49,352 nt of DNA from the NCBI RefSeq assembly GCF_001194135.2, contig NC_068982.1:162334065-162383416 (forward strand), in the 5' to 3' direction. This DNA comes from Octopus bimaculoides. Its lineage: Eukaryota. The notes below the pieces were generated by a model that was given only the letters and a program-made list of their open reading frames with translations, made no database searches and was not told the DNA's origin. The position numbers and the translations under genes were made by a program. This document shows, piece after piece, positions 32,925 to 45,344 of this stretch (positions are counted from its first letter, which is position 1; every line of letters begins with the position of its first letter).

Positions 32925-33186
32925 AAAGTTCCCCTCCTGGGGTGCATCCACTGGGATATGACACTTCAGTGGGTGCGCGACTAAGAGGGAAAGTAGATCC
33001 TTTATCAAAAATGCTTTGCAAAATAAAATTACTTATTCATTTTTTAAAATTGCTTCGTTCTATAAAGCACACTAAGAACTTCAATAGCACTGCATATGGT
33101 TGAAGTCACATTTGTAAGGGGACGCGAAAATTAAAGCATTTCCTAAGTATGGGAAGCATAAAAAAAGGTTTGCGAATCATTGCTAT
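32925..33186. mobile_element. Decayed hAT (Charlie-type) MITE
   Basis: Right end AAAAAAGGTTTGCGAATCATTG resembles hAT TIRs. The left end is poorly defined. Confidence 0.35.
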
Positions 33187-35224
33187 AAAGCGTTCGTCAG
33201 CGTCTGACTCACATTGGATGTTTTACAATCACTTGGTGACTGACGTTTTCGTTATTAAACTGGATCCACCAAATATTTCTTGATTTACATTCATAATAAA
33301 CGAAACAGGACTATGATATTACATTCATAATATAGGAAGCAAGACTACCCAAACGTATCGAATGTTAATCGAAAAGAGTTTGAAAGATTCACGTCCTAAG
33401 TTGTAGTGTGAATATGAAACTCACCAAGATACACAACATGCAGAAGGATACCTACGGAGATGTACCAAAGAATTTGTCACAAAAAATATTGCAAACAAAC
33501 ACAATTTTCAAGGAAAACTATCTTTAGTTTTCTATCTTTAGATGATGCGTGTCATCAATCTAATGTATTGTTGACATTACAAATGTGAAAGTTAAGGTAT
33601 TTGAGCACCGACTGTAAGAGCTGCCGTGAGATAGATCATCTTAAATTTCTTTCAATTACTTGTATTTCAAAACTCGGCTGATGTAACTTTCTGGAACAGA
33701 ATGAATACGTTTTCATCATCAACAAAGAAAACTATATTTTTAAAAAATACTATGATTAAAATTTGAAATACTTAGGGTTTGGAAGAGATTTAACAAGATC
33801 CCTGCCATGATGTGCGGAGAGCATTTTATTGAAAATCCAATTCAAATCAGTGTAATCCATGAAATTGATTATTTAAATAAATATATAACAACCGTTTTGT
33901 CATTTGTGTCAAAAATTTTTTTTTTAATTATAAAAATCACTTTTCATTCATGAAATCACATTCATATTGGATTTGTAAACACCTACTTCTTACATGTTCA
34001 TAAGGTCCCAGTAACAAAGAACCCTCCTTGTTCGTCACTGTAGCTTTGTGTGTCGATGAAAGCTTTTCGGTCCTGGTTGTAGCTAATACAAATATTACTT
34101 TATTATCTGTTTTCACCTTTGGGAGAGGTATGTATACAACAACTTCACATGGTCCTTCTCGGGGCTTTCCTTCTTACGTGTGATGTTTAGTGGTAGTAGT
34201 AGTGAGTTTTATGCTTGTTTGAAACAACGTCATTTGAAGCAGTTCAAATCCAGCTGTTGCTGTTGAGAGCAGTAGTAGCAGCAGTTCAAGCAATATCAGC
34301 AGCAACAGTAGCAGTCACCGTAGTATTTAGTAGTAAATTATTAAAATTAAACCTTTACCTACACGCCTCTTATTTAATTTAAATATTTATTTATGTATGA
34401 TTTTTATCATCTTCAGCATTACGTTGAAGGAGAGAGAGGAATTCATAAAGTATTTTACATGTGAATAGAAAGGCAGAGGTCGATCGTGTATTTAGAAACA
34501 ACGAACCTCAGTTATGAGTAAAAACATGAGATGAAAAATACGTCAGCTTCATTGAGTTGACTCATACCGCTCTGTGTATCGACATAGTGTATTAAAACCA
34601 ACGTTAAGATATATATTTTTTCATACACACAATATCTTTATTTATTTAATCAATTAACTACCAATTTATAGAAAATAATCGAAATTTACCTTGGGGATAC
34701 TGTTACTACTCTCTTTGGATATTCTAAGTACGTACCTACCTAACCTTCGTGTTTGGGTGTATGTTTATTTTATACATAACACTGGTCTTCTGCGATACAT
34801 TATTCTAAATATTTAACGGTAAGTGAACGTGTCTATTTTATTTAATCTTCAGTGCTTCTTGTATATATTTAATAACTGCCATATTTAAGATTGGGGAAGG
34901 GTTCAGTGAAGTCGCGCACACATATATATATTTCATCACCCACACACAATGTGTGGTGTTGACAGCATACACACATGAAATATACAATGTGTGGCGTGAT
35001 ACTGTGGAGGATCGATCGTAAAGTATGCAACGTGAATAACTTACCCTCACTGTCCTTATGGAAACTATTCGTTTCTAAGATGCTTTGTATTGCCATGTGT
35101 TTCTGAAGGTTACCCTCTTGACTTCTTTTTCTATATTTAGCTAAACTAATTAAAATTATTTACCCGCTCTTGTAATGCTTCTATTTCTAGTCAACAAAGG
35201 AACGTTTACGTTGTGGTTCGAATT

Positions 35225-35400
35225 GCTAGAAATGCCAGCCATATTTCTATGAAATTACGTGTTTTTAAAAAAGAAAAAATGTGATACCTTGGATAATGTA
35301 GTTCTAGATAATTGTACGATAATGATGTGATGCTCATGGTTGGAATGTTTCCTGTCATAGTTCAGCTAAATCAAATCTAACTTCGGTTTAAACAACTAAC
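35225..35400 (+). mobile_element. Dispersed repeat with (AAC)n tail; related copies near 25150, 38865-39020, 40270-40330, 40655-40860, 45520-45625 and 46630-46800
   Basis: Recurrent TGCTAGAAATAGCAGCCAAATCT..GGATAATGTAGT..ATGGT motif in both orientations. Confidence 0.6.
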
Positions 35401-35973
35401 TTCGAATTCACCTCTAAAACTGTCCCTTTAAAGTTGTACCAATCCTCTATCCTTTAAAATTCATCACCCTCATCTATTCTCCCGCTTTACTTCTTTCGTA
35501 TATTATATTTGTCCTGTCCTCTACTTTCTATATTGACTTAACATGCTCGGAATTCTATCCTTAAATCTGCCTTTTGCCTTTACATTTATATTTCTTTTTT
35601 AAAGGACTCTTTTATTACATTTCCTAATTTGTTTAAAGCGAAGTAGTCAACATCCGTATAAGTAGATTTAAATAAGTCCTTGTTAGCTTCATGACTATCG
35701 TACACGTTTCATTGACCGGCCTTCGTTGTCAGAGATGACCAAGACTCGGAGTTTTGAATTAGACGCCCAATAATTCATAGGATGTTTCTCTTCGTTCTTT
35801 TACTATTCCTGCATCAACAATGAAAATTAGGATTCTGAAAAATTTTATTTGGCTTTCAAAATTTCAATTTCCACTCAGATATTCTTCAATTTTTAATTTG
35901 CATGTTCTCTCTCTGCGGGCGCGTGTATCTACTTACCTATCTATCTACCTACCTATCTATCTATCAGTTTGTT

Positions 35974-36135
35974 TGTTATGGCCGGTCAGAGAGGTGACCA
36001 TTGGTCTTGCTCTTATAAAGCAGCTTAGCTGCATAGGCCATGTCACTCAAATTCATTTGAGTTTGACGAGTAGCCTATGCAGCTAAGTGCTTTATAGGTG
36101 CGAAACCAATGGTCACTCGCTGACCGGCCATAACA
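35974..36135. repeat. 162-bp near-perfect palindrome
   Basis: TGTTATGGCCGGTCAG..GTGACCATTGGT..CTTAGCTGCATAGGC..CTCAAA is mirrored around TTCA at 36052-36055. Confidence 0.95.
36058..36119 (+). ncRNA. Type I hammerhead ribozyme motif (C3U variant) in the right arm of the palindrome
   Basis: GAGU-UUGACGA-GUA(G)CCUAU..AUAGGUGC-GAAA-CCA-A-UGG-U-C-ACUC. Helix I GAGU/ACUC, near-palindromic helix III, canonical GUC triplet with predicted cleavage after C36114. Confidence 0.72.
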
Positions 36136-37799
36136 GATCTTTTAAATATATTACTGCTCTAATGTTGTAGAGTGTGCTTCTTTTTCTGAACTAGACATAT
36201 ATATATATATAGGCATTCCTTCGATATAACTCGACAAAACCAAAACAATAATTCGCCTCACACGCGCGTTATTGTCTTAATTTGCAATTATACTGGCTAA
36301 ATTAATTTAACATTTTATTTCATAAATTCTGGTGCTGTGAATTATTTAGTGATAACTATTAACACATACTCTGTGTGTATCTATATATAATGGTTTTTGG
36401 CGCACTAAAGAACGCACAAACTATTGGAATTCTCTATTCCAAGAACGCCTTCAGTATTTCGATTTGGTTTTTAATACATCCATTTTTCTGAATTTTGGGT
36501 TTTTTTTCTTTTTGTTTCTCTTTTCATGCTACTTTTCGCAAACTATTTTTTTGTTATTGCATTCTGTTGAAATCTCTTATTCTGTTAACTAAAATGTTTG
36601 TAATAACTGGACATTCCTTCAATTGTATTCCTGTTTAATAACAATTCCTGCCAGTTCCACCTTTGACATGTAACGGGTCAGTAGTTTTCACTCATTTGAA
36701 AGTTATCAGGGGTTTCCTAGTAGAATTCTTTCATCATGACTTGCTGTCGTTTCCTTATATGTAATTATAGATACAGTATTACTGTGAGTTGCTGCTAGTT
36801 TTACCGGTTTACAAGAGGAAACCCCCAGCCTCCGCACGAATATCTTTTGTTGCCAATGAACAAAATAAAAGTAGCAGCAGTAGTTGTTTGTTTCATTCCT
36901 AATAACAATCACTTCGTGGCTATTTGAATAGTCTTTTGAGTTTATAATATTGTTCTTTAGGTGTAAACTATTTCATTAGTAACGTGAATAATTCTTCATG
37001 CATTATTTCTGGAGACATTCCACTAACGTCACAAATGCCCTTGAGAAAATCCTAAATATATCGTCTTGGTTCTCCTCCCCCTCCTATTTCATAGGGTTTA
37101 TACCTATGCAAGAAATAATTCTTTCGAATGATATTGATTTTTGTAGCTTTCGGAAATTGGTGTCTTTCGTTGTAATAATTATCTATACAACTTATCTCCG
37201 GTAAACTATGGGACAAAATCCTTTTCCTTTTTATATAAATAAAAATTCCCGACGCGTTTTCTTGTTCTAACAGATTCCAATTTAATATATGGTTTCTTCT
37301 GCTAATTGCACCAGAATATTCAAGGTTGAACAATAGTACATGGTACTATAAAATTTGACTTCGAAACAAATCTTGATGTTCATTCTTACCTGCGGCATAC
37401 TCTGCTCATCTTTTTCTCTGATTACTTTATGTTCACACCTTTCTTCTCGCCAGTTCCTGTGGTTTACTTTAAAGAAGTAATTATATATTTGTAAGAAAAT
37501 ATTTGAAAATGTACACTTTTAAAGGCTTTTATCACTCAACCTTTCAATGTCCAATGTTTTTACTTTTAAAATTGTTGCCTTTCAGGTAATCGTATATTCA
37601 AAACCGATGAAAGTAAAAATAGAAAAAATAAACCAGTCATCTTCTATACTTAAAAATTTTGTTAAGTATGTGGTTCTATTCCCTCCTTTTCCCTCTCTTC
37701 TCAATGGACCCCCTGTACTGTGAAGGTCAACGGGAAGAGCATCCAGCCATAGAATACTCAATAAATCTCGTCCAACCAATGCCAGCATAGAGTGCACTT

Positions 37800-38115
37800 A
37801 TGGTTATCTGGTCGAGAAGTTCGATTGTTTTGTATTGGTCCTACTGTGTCACATCTTCTATGGCTCCCGGTCGACTAAAGCCTTGTGAGTGGGCTTTTTG
37901 AACGGAAACTGAAAGAAGTCTGCCGTGTTTTTGTTTCTTTGTCTTGACATCACGTTAACGGTTGTAAACAAGTGTCACTGTCATAAGTGATTAGATCATC
38001 TGTGAAAACCTGCTGTTATGAAGGTTGGTGACATGAGTATCCAACTGTAGAAAATATACTTCGAATTCCATTTGATCCATGCAAACAAGGAAAAGTAGAC
38101 GATAAAACAATAATG
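37800..38115 (+). mobile_element. SINE with RTE-like tail, decayed
   Basis: CGACTAAAGCCTTGTGAGTGG..ACGGAAACTGAAAGAAG, followed by a tail resembling the RTE 3' end. Related pieces at 40960-41110 and 41560-41725. Confidence 0.6.
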
Positions 38116-39269
38116 AATGTCATCTAATAGAAAAAGTTAAAACTTACTCGAGGTTCCTTCATGTTTTGCCAAGAAATAGCTTTAAGACAAGGCTTCACAT
38201 GCTTTGATGTCCATAATGTTTTCCATTTAATATTTTCAACATCTCTGACAAGTAGTCACTTGTTTTTTGTCTTCATTTGCTAAACTCTGAATGCAATATA
38301 CCCTCAGGTTTAAATATGTATATGTTCAGGATTAACTTGAGTAAAAACGGGCATGCTGAATTTACTATTGGACACCTGAACTAGGACCCCATAAAACAGA
38401 AAATTTGTATTTTTTACAAGTTCCCCAGTTATATGTATAAAAAAAAAACACGCTTATTTCACTTACTGTTATTTAGTGTGAAATTGGTTATATTCCTTGT
38501 AGTTGTGTGTGTGGTGTTTGGCTTTATGGCTGGTCTGTAAGAAAATTAAATTTCCATATTCAGTATCTCTCTAATAGTAGAAAATGGAAACCATTGTTTG
38601 ACTGTACTCAGGGTATCATCTGGCCTTAAACTGGTCCTGAATATATTGATATTAATAATACCATAAGCTCAAAAGAATTACTATACTCCTTCCATGCATG
38701 TAACAGGTGTTTGTGAAGTATGTCATTTAGCTAGTCTGAGTCCTGTGTTCCTGGCAAAGGTTGTTTCAATATCCCAGACCACTTAAATTGTAAACACTCT
38801 CCAGTACAGAAAACTGTTTCCCTTATTCCAATATTCTCAAGCTCCATATACAAGTTAGTATTTAAGTTGTTGTTTAGCCCCAGGTCATTCTTGATCAAGC
38901 AAACTTTCAGTGAAAGGTGTTCCAACTGTGACCATCCTATCTTCTGCATATCAGACACTCCATATATTTCATCAAAGACAATAGAATATGATCAAATTTG
39001 GTTATTTCTAGCTAGACAAGTGACTACATAGTCTCTCTTGTTGGCCTGTTCCTGTCTAGGTAAGTGGGATGTCTTAACTACATAATGCTATATGTATTAA
39101 AGTTGACACCTATAATAATTTGTTGTGAATGAACCTATTTAAAGTTAGCCTCATCTATACACTCATCCTTCAATATCACCAAAGTATTCTCCACACCCTG
39201 GCTCTTGATGGATTCATAAATTAGAAATTTAAAAAATTTTTCACTCAACCTTTTTTCTTTTCAGCTATA

Positions 39270-39346
39270 ATGGGTGATACAGATGTAATTGTGACTAAAT
39301 ACACCAATAACAATGGAATGGAACTGGATTCCAAACAGCCAGCTGT
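39270..39346 (+). CDS. First coding exon of an unidentified gene (MGDTDVIVTKYTNNNGMELDSKQPA, phase 2)
   Basis: Strong acceptor TTTTTTCTTTTCAG| at 39264, exon from 39265, ATG at 39270, consensus donor |GTAAGT at 39347. No further exon was confidently found. Confidence 0.7.
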
Positions 39347-40344
39347 GTAAGTATCTTTAAATTCTTTTATCTAGCCTTTACAATGATATTGTATGAATGC
39401 TTAAGAAGTTTGCTTTACAGTCTTGATACCCAGAATTTTCTCCTACTACAGTTTGTGTTAAACCAAACATAGACTATGTAGCTGGAACTATTTTGAAACC
39501 TGCTAGATGAATTGTACTTGAACTTCAAAGGGCTAGCTTTGTCAGATGTATGAAGATTACATTAAGTGTACAGGTATTTGTGGAATACTCATCTATTTAC
39601 ACTACAATTCACTGAACAGATACTTCCATTGATTGAACTAAACTATACCCTGTCAAAACTGAGATGTTATTCAGATTAGTCTAAAATGAAGTTTACTGAA
39701 TTTATTCTCTCAGGTTTCTGTATATATCTCAAGTTAGTCCCTCATTGATTTGATTATTGGCTTGTAGGTAGTGAGTCATATGACTACCTTCATGGTTGGT
39801 TAAATATGTACTGGTCAGTCACTTGCTAGCAAGAGAAAACTTTTGAGTTCTTTCCAATAGTATATTGATCAGCTTTATCGCCTAGGATTTATTCAGTTAA
39901 CATTCAAGCTCATTAATTCTTGGAATTTACTTTCTACTGACATAATCACTTACAGATTTGGCACAGGAACATAATTTGGAAAGTTTTTTTTGTTTGAGAA
40001 AAGTCCTTTGTCACATGATTTCTCCAATAGTGCTTATTTTTATTGATTTGGGGAAGATGTTAATTTTGGTCTGATTCTATCATAGGGCTATAAGCTGCTA
40101 AAACAGTTTCACTAGTGAGTAACCATTAACACTGATGTGATTGTCTTTATTTCACTTTTACTGTTCCGATAATAGAGCAGACTTGTAATACAAGACATGC
40201 TTGTTGTAACCATCTCATTTTATTTTATTTTTCAGACATTAGGATAATGTCCTAAATGTGCTATGTATACTTCTTTTTTTAAGATGGTAGTATGTGATTT
40301 GAGATTTGGTTGTTATTTCTTGCATATTAAGCAACAATGTAACA

Positions 40345-40510
40345 TCTCTTTTATTGGCACTGCTTCTGTAAGAGGTGTTGGACAAAATGCTTTCAGATAC
40401 TTAGTTATCTTTGTTTTCAGTTCAAATCCTCCCCAGTTTGACTTTGCCTTTCATCTTCTCAATGTCAATAAAATATATTCCACTCGTGTAATGAGTTGTC
40501 AATTAGACTG
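40345..40510 (+). mobile_element. tRNA-derived SINE, degenerate copy
   Basis: AGTTCAAATCC..TTTGACTTTGCCTTTCATC matches the reverse complement of the 19562/42771 family. Confidence 0.6.
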
Positions 40511-40746
40511 AATAGCTCCCCAACCTCTGTGTCAATGCCTGAAAAATCAATATTAGTCTGTGCTGCAGTTATTGCTATTAGCCTACTTGTTATAAGGGAA
40601 AACAGTGAATGTTTTATACTATTTCTCATGTAATATTGTGGGATGCCTCTGATCACTTGATCTGCTAGAAATAGCAGCCAAATCTAACTTCTTGCCATAT
40701 ACAGTCTTAAAAAGGAAAGATATAGTAGGTAATCTAGTCTTAGAAA

Positions 40747-40829
40747 AACTCATATGTGAATAAGACAATGGTCATGGCTTGTCAACAACTCATATGTGAA
40801 TAAGACAATGGTCATGGCTTGTCAACAAC
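40747..40829 (+). repeat. Perfect 40-bp tandem duplication
   Basis: AACTCATATGTGAATAAGACAATGGTCATGGCTTGTCAAC occurs twice. Confidence 0.97.
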
Positions 40830-41138
40830 GATTCTAGATAAACTGGATCAATAAATACCTTGTAATAAACACTAAACAACTAAATGAGCATTTTTGCTGA
40901 TTTATTTATAGCTTTTACTTCTTTCTCAAATTGGATGCAAGATCTTTTCAAGATAATGGTTGTATGGTTAACAAATTTGTTTACCAACCACATGGTGTCA
41001 GGTTCAGTCACACTGCATGGTACCTTGGACAAGTATCTTCTACAGTCTCGAGCCAACTAAACTGTATAAGTAGATTTATTAGACAGAAATTGAAATAAAT
41101 CCATTTTGTGTTTTGAATGATCATGTGATGCATGTGGA

Positions 41139-41497
41139 TGAGGACAGCTGTGTAAAGAAGTGCTGATCTCTGTAGAGAATACTTGGGGTAGAAGTAGACC
41201 CAGGAAGGTGGTGAAATATGATCTTTGAACTTTGGGCCTCACAGAGGCAATGATTGAGAAGACCTATCAAGCCAAATAAAATTGCAGTCATGGCAGATAC
41301 TGGTGTCACGCAGATGGAACCCATGCTGGTGGCACATTAAAGCACCCTTTACACTCTGAGTGGTTGGTATTAGGAAGAACATCCAGCCATAGAAACCATG
41401 TCAAATCAGAATGGAGTCTGGTGCAGCCTTCCAGCCCCAGTCAAAACATCCAACCCATGCCAGCATGGACAACGAACGCTAAATGATGATGATGATA
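41139..41497 (+). mobile_element. RTE 3' end, old internally deleted copy
   Basis: ATGAGGACAGCTGTGTAAAGAAGTG..AGACCCAGGAAG.. and a (GAT)n tail. Confidence 0.75.
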
Positions 41498-42770
41498 TTT
41501 TCCTTGTTTTGACTTCATGCAGTAGTTGTAAATGAGCATCACTACCATACAAACCCCACTGTTTGTTTTTTCTCTTCTGAAAATAACTTTGATCATTGGA
41601 AAATATTACTTTACTTAGAAACAGAGTGGGTGATAGGAAGGGCATCAGGCTGTAGAAAATCTGACACCATGAATTCTCATCTAATCCATGCAAGCATGGA
41701 AAAGTGGATCTTAAAACAATGATATTTTGTCTATTCTTTTCTTTCTAAATTATGGGTTTCCATTTTTACCATATACTGTTGGAAACTATAACATTTAAAG
41801 TAGTTGCTGAAGGAATTATTTTATTGCTAGGTGTTGTTACTAATGTCAACATTTCAAGTGAAAGATGAGTGGTGCCAAATATTAATTTAGTTTAGTATTT
41901 ACAAGAGTTAACCTATAAACTCTTACATGTATATCCATAGGCCAGTAGCTTTTAACCTGTCTTTTAGTAGAAAAAATAAGATACATAGAACTAGTGTTAA
42001 AAAATGGAAGCAGTAGTAGGACTCTTGAAATAACTGTTAATATATAAAACTGTAAAGAGAATTGAAGTCAATATATGTTTAAATATTTAACAAACAGTAA
42101 TTTCTTGTTCATTGGAATCTGGATAAGGTTTATTTCAATGCTGTGTCCAGAAATAGCCAATCTGAATCGCTATTTAAATAACTTTTTATTATGATGGTGG
42201 TGGTTGTGTGGGGTGAATAATCACTGAAGTTAATAGTTGCTATTGCTAGTAAAAGTGATAAAAGGTTTAAAGTTTGTGATTGAACTTGAAAGTTCATTTA
42301 ATCTGCACAATAGATTACATAGCACACAATCAATGTTTCTTATCATGTAAGGTGTTTGTTGCAAAGGTGAAGGAGTTCTGTCAATATGAATGAATTGGAT
42401 GTTACATGTCTAAAATGACAGTTTCTTAACATTGACACAAGGCCAAACATTTGTTGGCAACAGTAGTCAATTCAATTGACATTAGTATATAGCTGGTACT
42501 TGACTTTATTGGGACATAAGGTAAAATTGTTGCATTATGGATTTGAACTCTGACTGTACAGGGACATTAATAGATGCAAGATATTTAGTCTAATACTAGG
42601 TACTGTTTGAAGAGTGCCAATGAAATATAAAAGTGCTGACAAAAACAACTTGCAATTTAATACTTTGCTCTTGGCTCTACTATTTTGCAACAAGGATACA
42701 CAGGATAAGAGCTTAACTTATTGGATACCTTATTAGAGGATTGAGTATTTTCAGGATGTCCTTTTCAGTT

Positions 42771-43002
42771 TATTTCTTTATTGCCCACAAGGGGCTAAAC
42801 ATAAAGGGGACAAACAAGGACAGACAAAGGGATTAAGTCGATTGCATCGACCCCAGTACGTAGCTGGTACTTAATTTATCGACCCCGAAAGGATGAAAGA
42901 CAAAGTCAACCTTGGCGGAATTTGAACTCAAAATGTAACAGTAGACGAAATACTGCTAAGTATTTCGCCCGGCGTGTTAACATTTCTGCCAGCTCACCAC
43001 CT
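42771..43002 (-). mobile_element. tRNA-derived SINE, near full-length
   Basis: High similarity to 19562-19787. Confidence 0.9.
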
Positions 43003-44058
43003 TTAGTTTGGTCCTTCTAGAATGAATGCTGGGAGTAATTCTTAGTGTGGTATTTGGTTAATTGTTTGTGTGATACATCATAGTTAATGGTTAGTGTAGT
43101 ATATTGTGACTAATGAAGAGGACTGTTTTGGTACCATTACTGTCTGTAATAGCTCTCTCAGATATACCTTCAGTTATATGAACAACCCATTACTAACACT
43201 AGATTTAACATTAGGAAAATATCAGTAGCAACCAAAACCACCAATGATGTCAAACCCCACTGATGTAATCACATGCAATATATGTATTGCCTACCAAAAA
43301 CATCTTGCAATTTAATACTAGAAAGTTTCAAGCACTGATCAGCTATCTGATACATTGAACTAGAAGGGATTGCAATCGGCAGAGTACGACCTATGAATCA
43401 AAACAAGTACTGATGCACTATGTGCATAGGATTAAGGTAGTAGCAGTGTACAGATGATTGACAAGGTGGATTCTGAGAACAAGAAATTGTTTGCTGAAAG
43501 ATTTTTCTCAGTCCATATTATTGCTTATAACTATGGTCATCATAGTGTTGCTGATTGCATGTGGCAGCGGTTCTGCTACTTCAATGCAAGTTGCAGTTTT
43601 ATGATAGTTAACCTAATGAGATCTCAGATCAGTTATTCTAAATTTGGATATTCTGTACTAATAAAGATTACAAGGGGTTCTCCATTGTTAACAATAACAA
43701 CCAAATCTTCCTGAAATAACACAATCTTATAAAAAGGACACATTAGATAATTTAGTACAGAGAGAGACAACAGGGCAATGTCGTTAGTAGGACTGTGAGA
43801 GAGGGTGTCGGAGAGAAATGGAACGCTAAGTTGGTATGAGTTAAGGCACTTATGGATGTGGTAGGAGGAATGAATTGGCAGAAGAAAATGATAATTGAGA
43901 AGTTAGCAATGGGGAACCCAAAAGCTAAAAATGATGGATGACAATTGAAAAATGAAGAAAAAATGATGAAAAATGTGGTAAAATGACAAGAAGTTGAGGT
44001 AGTGTGAAAGGGTGAGGTTTCAATACGCTACATGAACAATGAGGAGGCCCTTGAAAAT

Positions 44059-44380
44059 CATCATCGTTTAACATCCGCTTTCCATGCTAGCATGGGTTGG
44101 ACGATTTGACTAAGGACTGGTGAACCAGGTGGCTACACCAGGCTCCAATCTGATTTGGCAGAGTTTCTACAGCTGGATGCCCTTCCTAACGCCAACCACT
44201 CCGAGAGTGTAGTGGGTGCTTTTACGTGCTACCGGCACGAAGGCCAGTCAGGCAGAACTGGCAACGGCCATGCTCGAAATGGTGTATTTTATGTGCCACC
44301 TGCACAGGAGCCAGTCCAGCGGCACTGGCAACGATCTCGCTCGAATGTCTTTTCACGTGCCATGAAAATCCCAGAATTAA
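44059..44380 (-). mobile_element. RTE 3' UTR/tail fragment
   Basis: Matches 25427-25720. Confidence 0.9.
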
Positions 44381-44474
44381 AAAATTTTTTTTTTTTTAAA
44401 TACAAAGAATATTTCAAAAATGTCCCCAATGTCTCTTGGGGTGATACAGATATTTCCATAGTTTAACAGTTTTT

Positions 44475-44632
44475 GGATGGATGGACGGACAGACGGGTAG
44501 ACAGAGGTAGATGGGCTGACAGGAAGATAGAGAGGTAGGCGGACAGATGGACAGATAGGTAGACACAAACAGATGGATAGTTAGATAAGCAGACAGACAG
44601 GTAGATGGATAAATAGATATGCAGATAGACAG
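44475..44632 (+). repeat. Degenerate (GAYA/GAYG)n tetranucleotide tract
   Basis: Directly visible. Confidence 0.85.
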
Positions 44633-44884
44633 AGGGAACCTACTGGTAGCAGTGGTCTGTGTATAGCCTTGTTGCTAGTTCTTGTGTTAATGGGTTAAGT
44701 ATAACATATGTGAGTGCTTTCAGATCTATAATCCTTCATCAACAAAAACTGAAAGAGGCAGCACATATGCTAGGGCATAACCTCCTAAGCAGACCTAGTG
44801 CAGATATGAGCAGCATATGGGAACCAGTATTAAGGAAGGATAGAAAAATATTAGATTTATAAGCTCTAAAATTCAGTCCATAAT

Positions 44885-45113
44885 TGCCCATGGGCATATG
44901 TTGTAGTGGTTAAGAGCGTGGCCTACTAACCCCAAAATTCCGAGTTTGATTCCAGGCAGTGACCCGAATAATAATAATAATAATATCGGAAAAATACCTT
45001 GGTAATGAGAACCCAGGTTCAAAATTCCCCTAGGACACTTGATTTAGGCTGGAGAGTACATCATCTGAAATGCTAACAACAAAGATGACAAATATCCGTC
45101 AAATATAATGTAC
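44885..45113 (+). mobile_element. tRNA-headed hammerhead SINE, second copy with head
   Basis: TGCCCATGGGCATATG.TGTAGTGGTTAAGAGCG..GAGTTTGATTCC, (AAT)n, ACAC-TTGATTT-AGGCTG..CATCT-GAAA. Colinear with 31869-31631. Confidence 0.85.
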
Positions 45114-45344
45114 ACACTTATTCAAGAAGAAATTAACTCTTTTATCCTCACAAACTTTTCCACTTACATAACACACCTTGCCCATCGAGGCATGGCATTA
45201 TATTAAGTAATGGTAAATAAAGGTTTCTTTACAACTTCGATCACTGTTCTTTTATCTTCCGCATCTGCAACGGCAACATCAACACCCATTACAGTTGCTA
45301 ACAACTAGCAACCAATGCCTATAACATATCCCATTACAGTCTCC

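Noticed and set aside
35695-35745. Minus-strand CTGACAACGAAGGCCGGTCAATGAAACGTGTA hammerhead-like string
   Set aside because: It needs two 3-nt deletions and a helix-I repair to fit, so it is too degenerate to call.
32608-36005. Shared 12-mer GTGACCATTGGT between the DINE-like unit and the 36 kb palindrome
   Set aside because: Flanks do not align, and 12-mer coincidences are expected in 49 kb.
43740-44050. Purine-rich tract as a possible Penelope GIY-YIG remnant
   Set aside because: No convincing motif in any frame.
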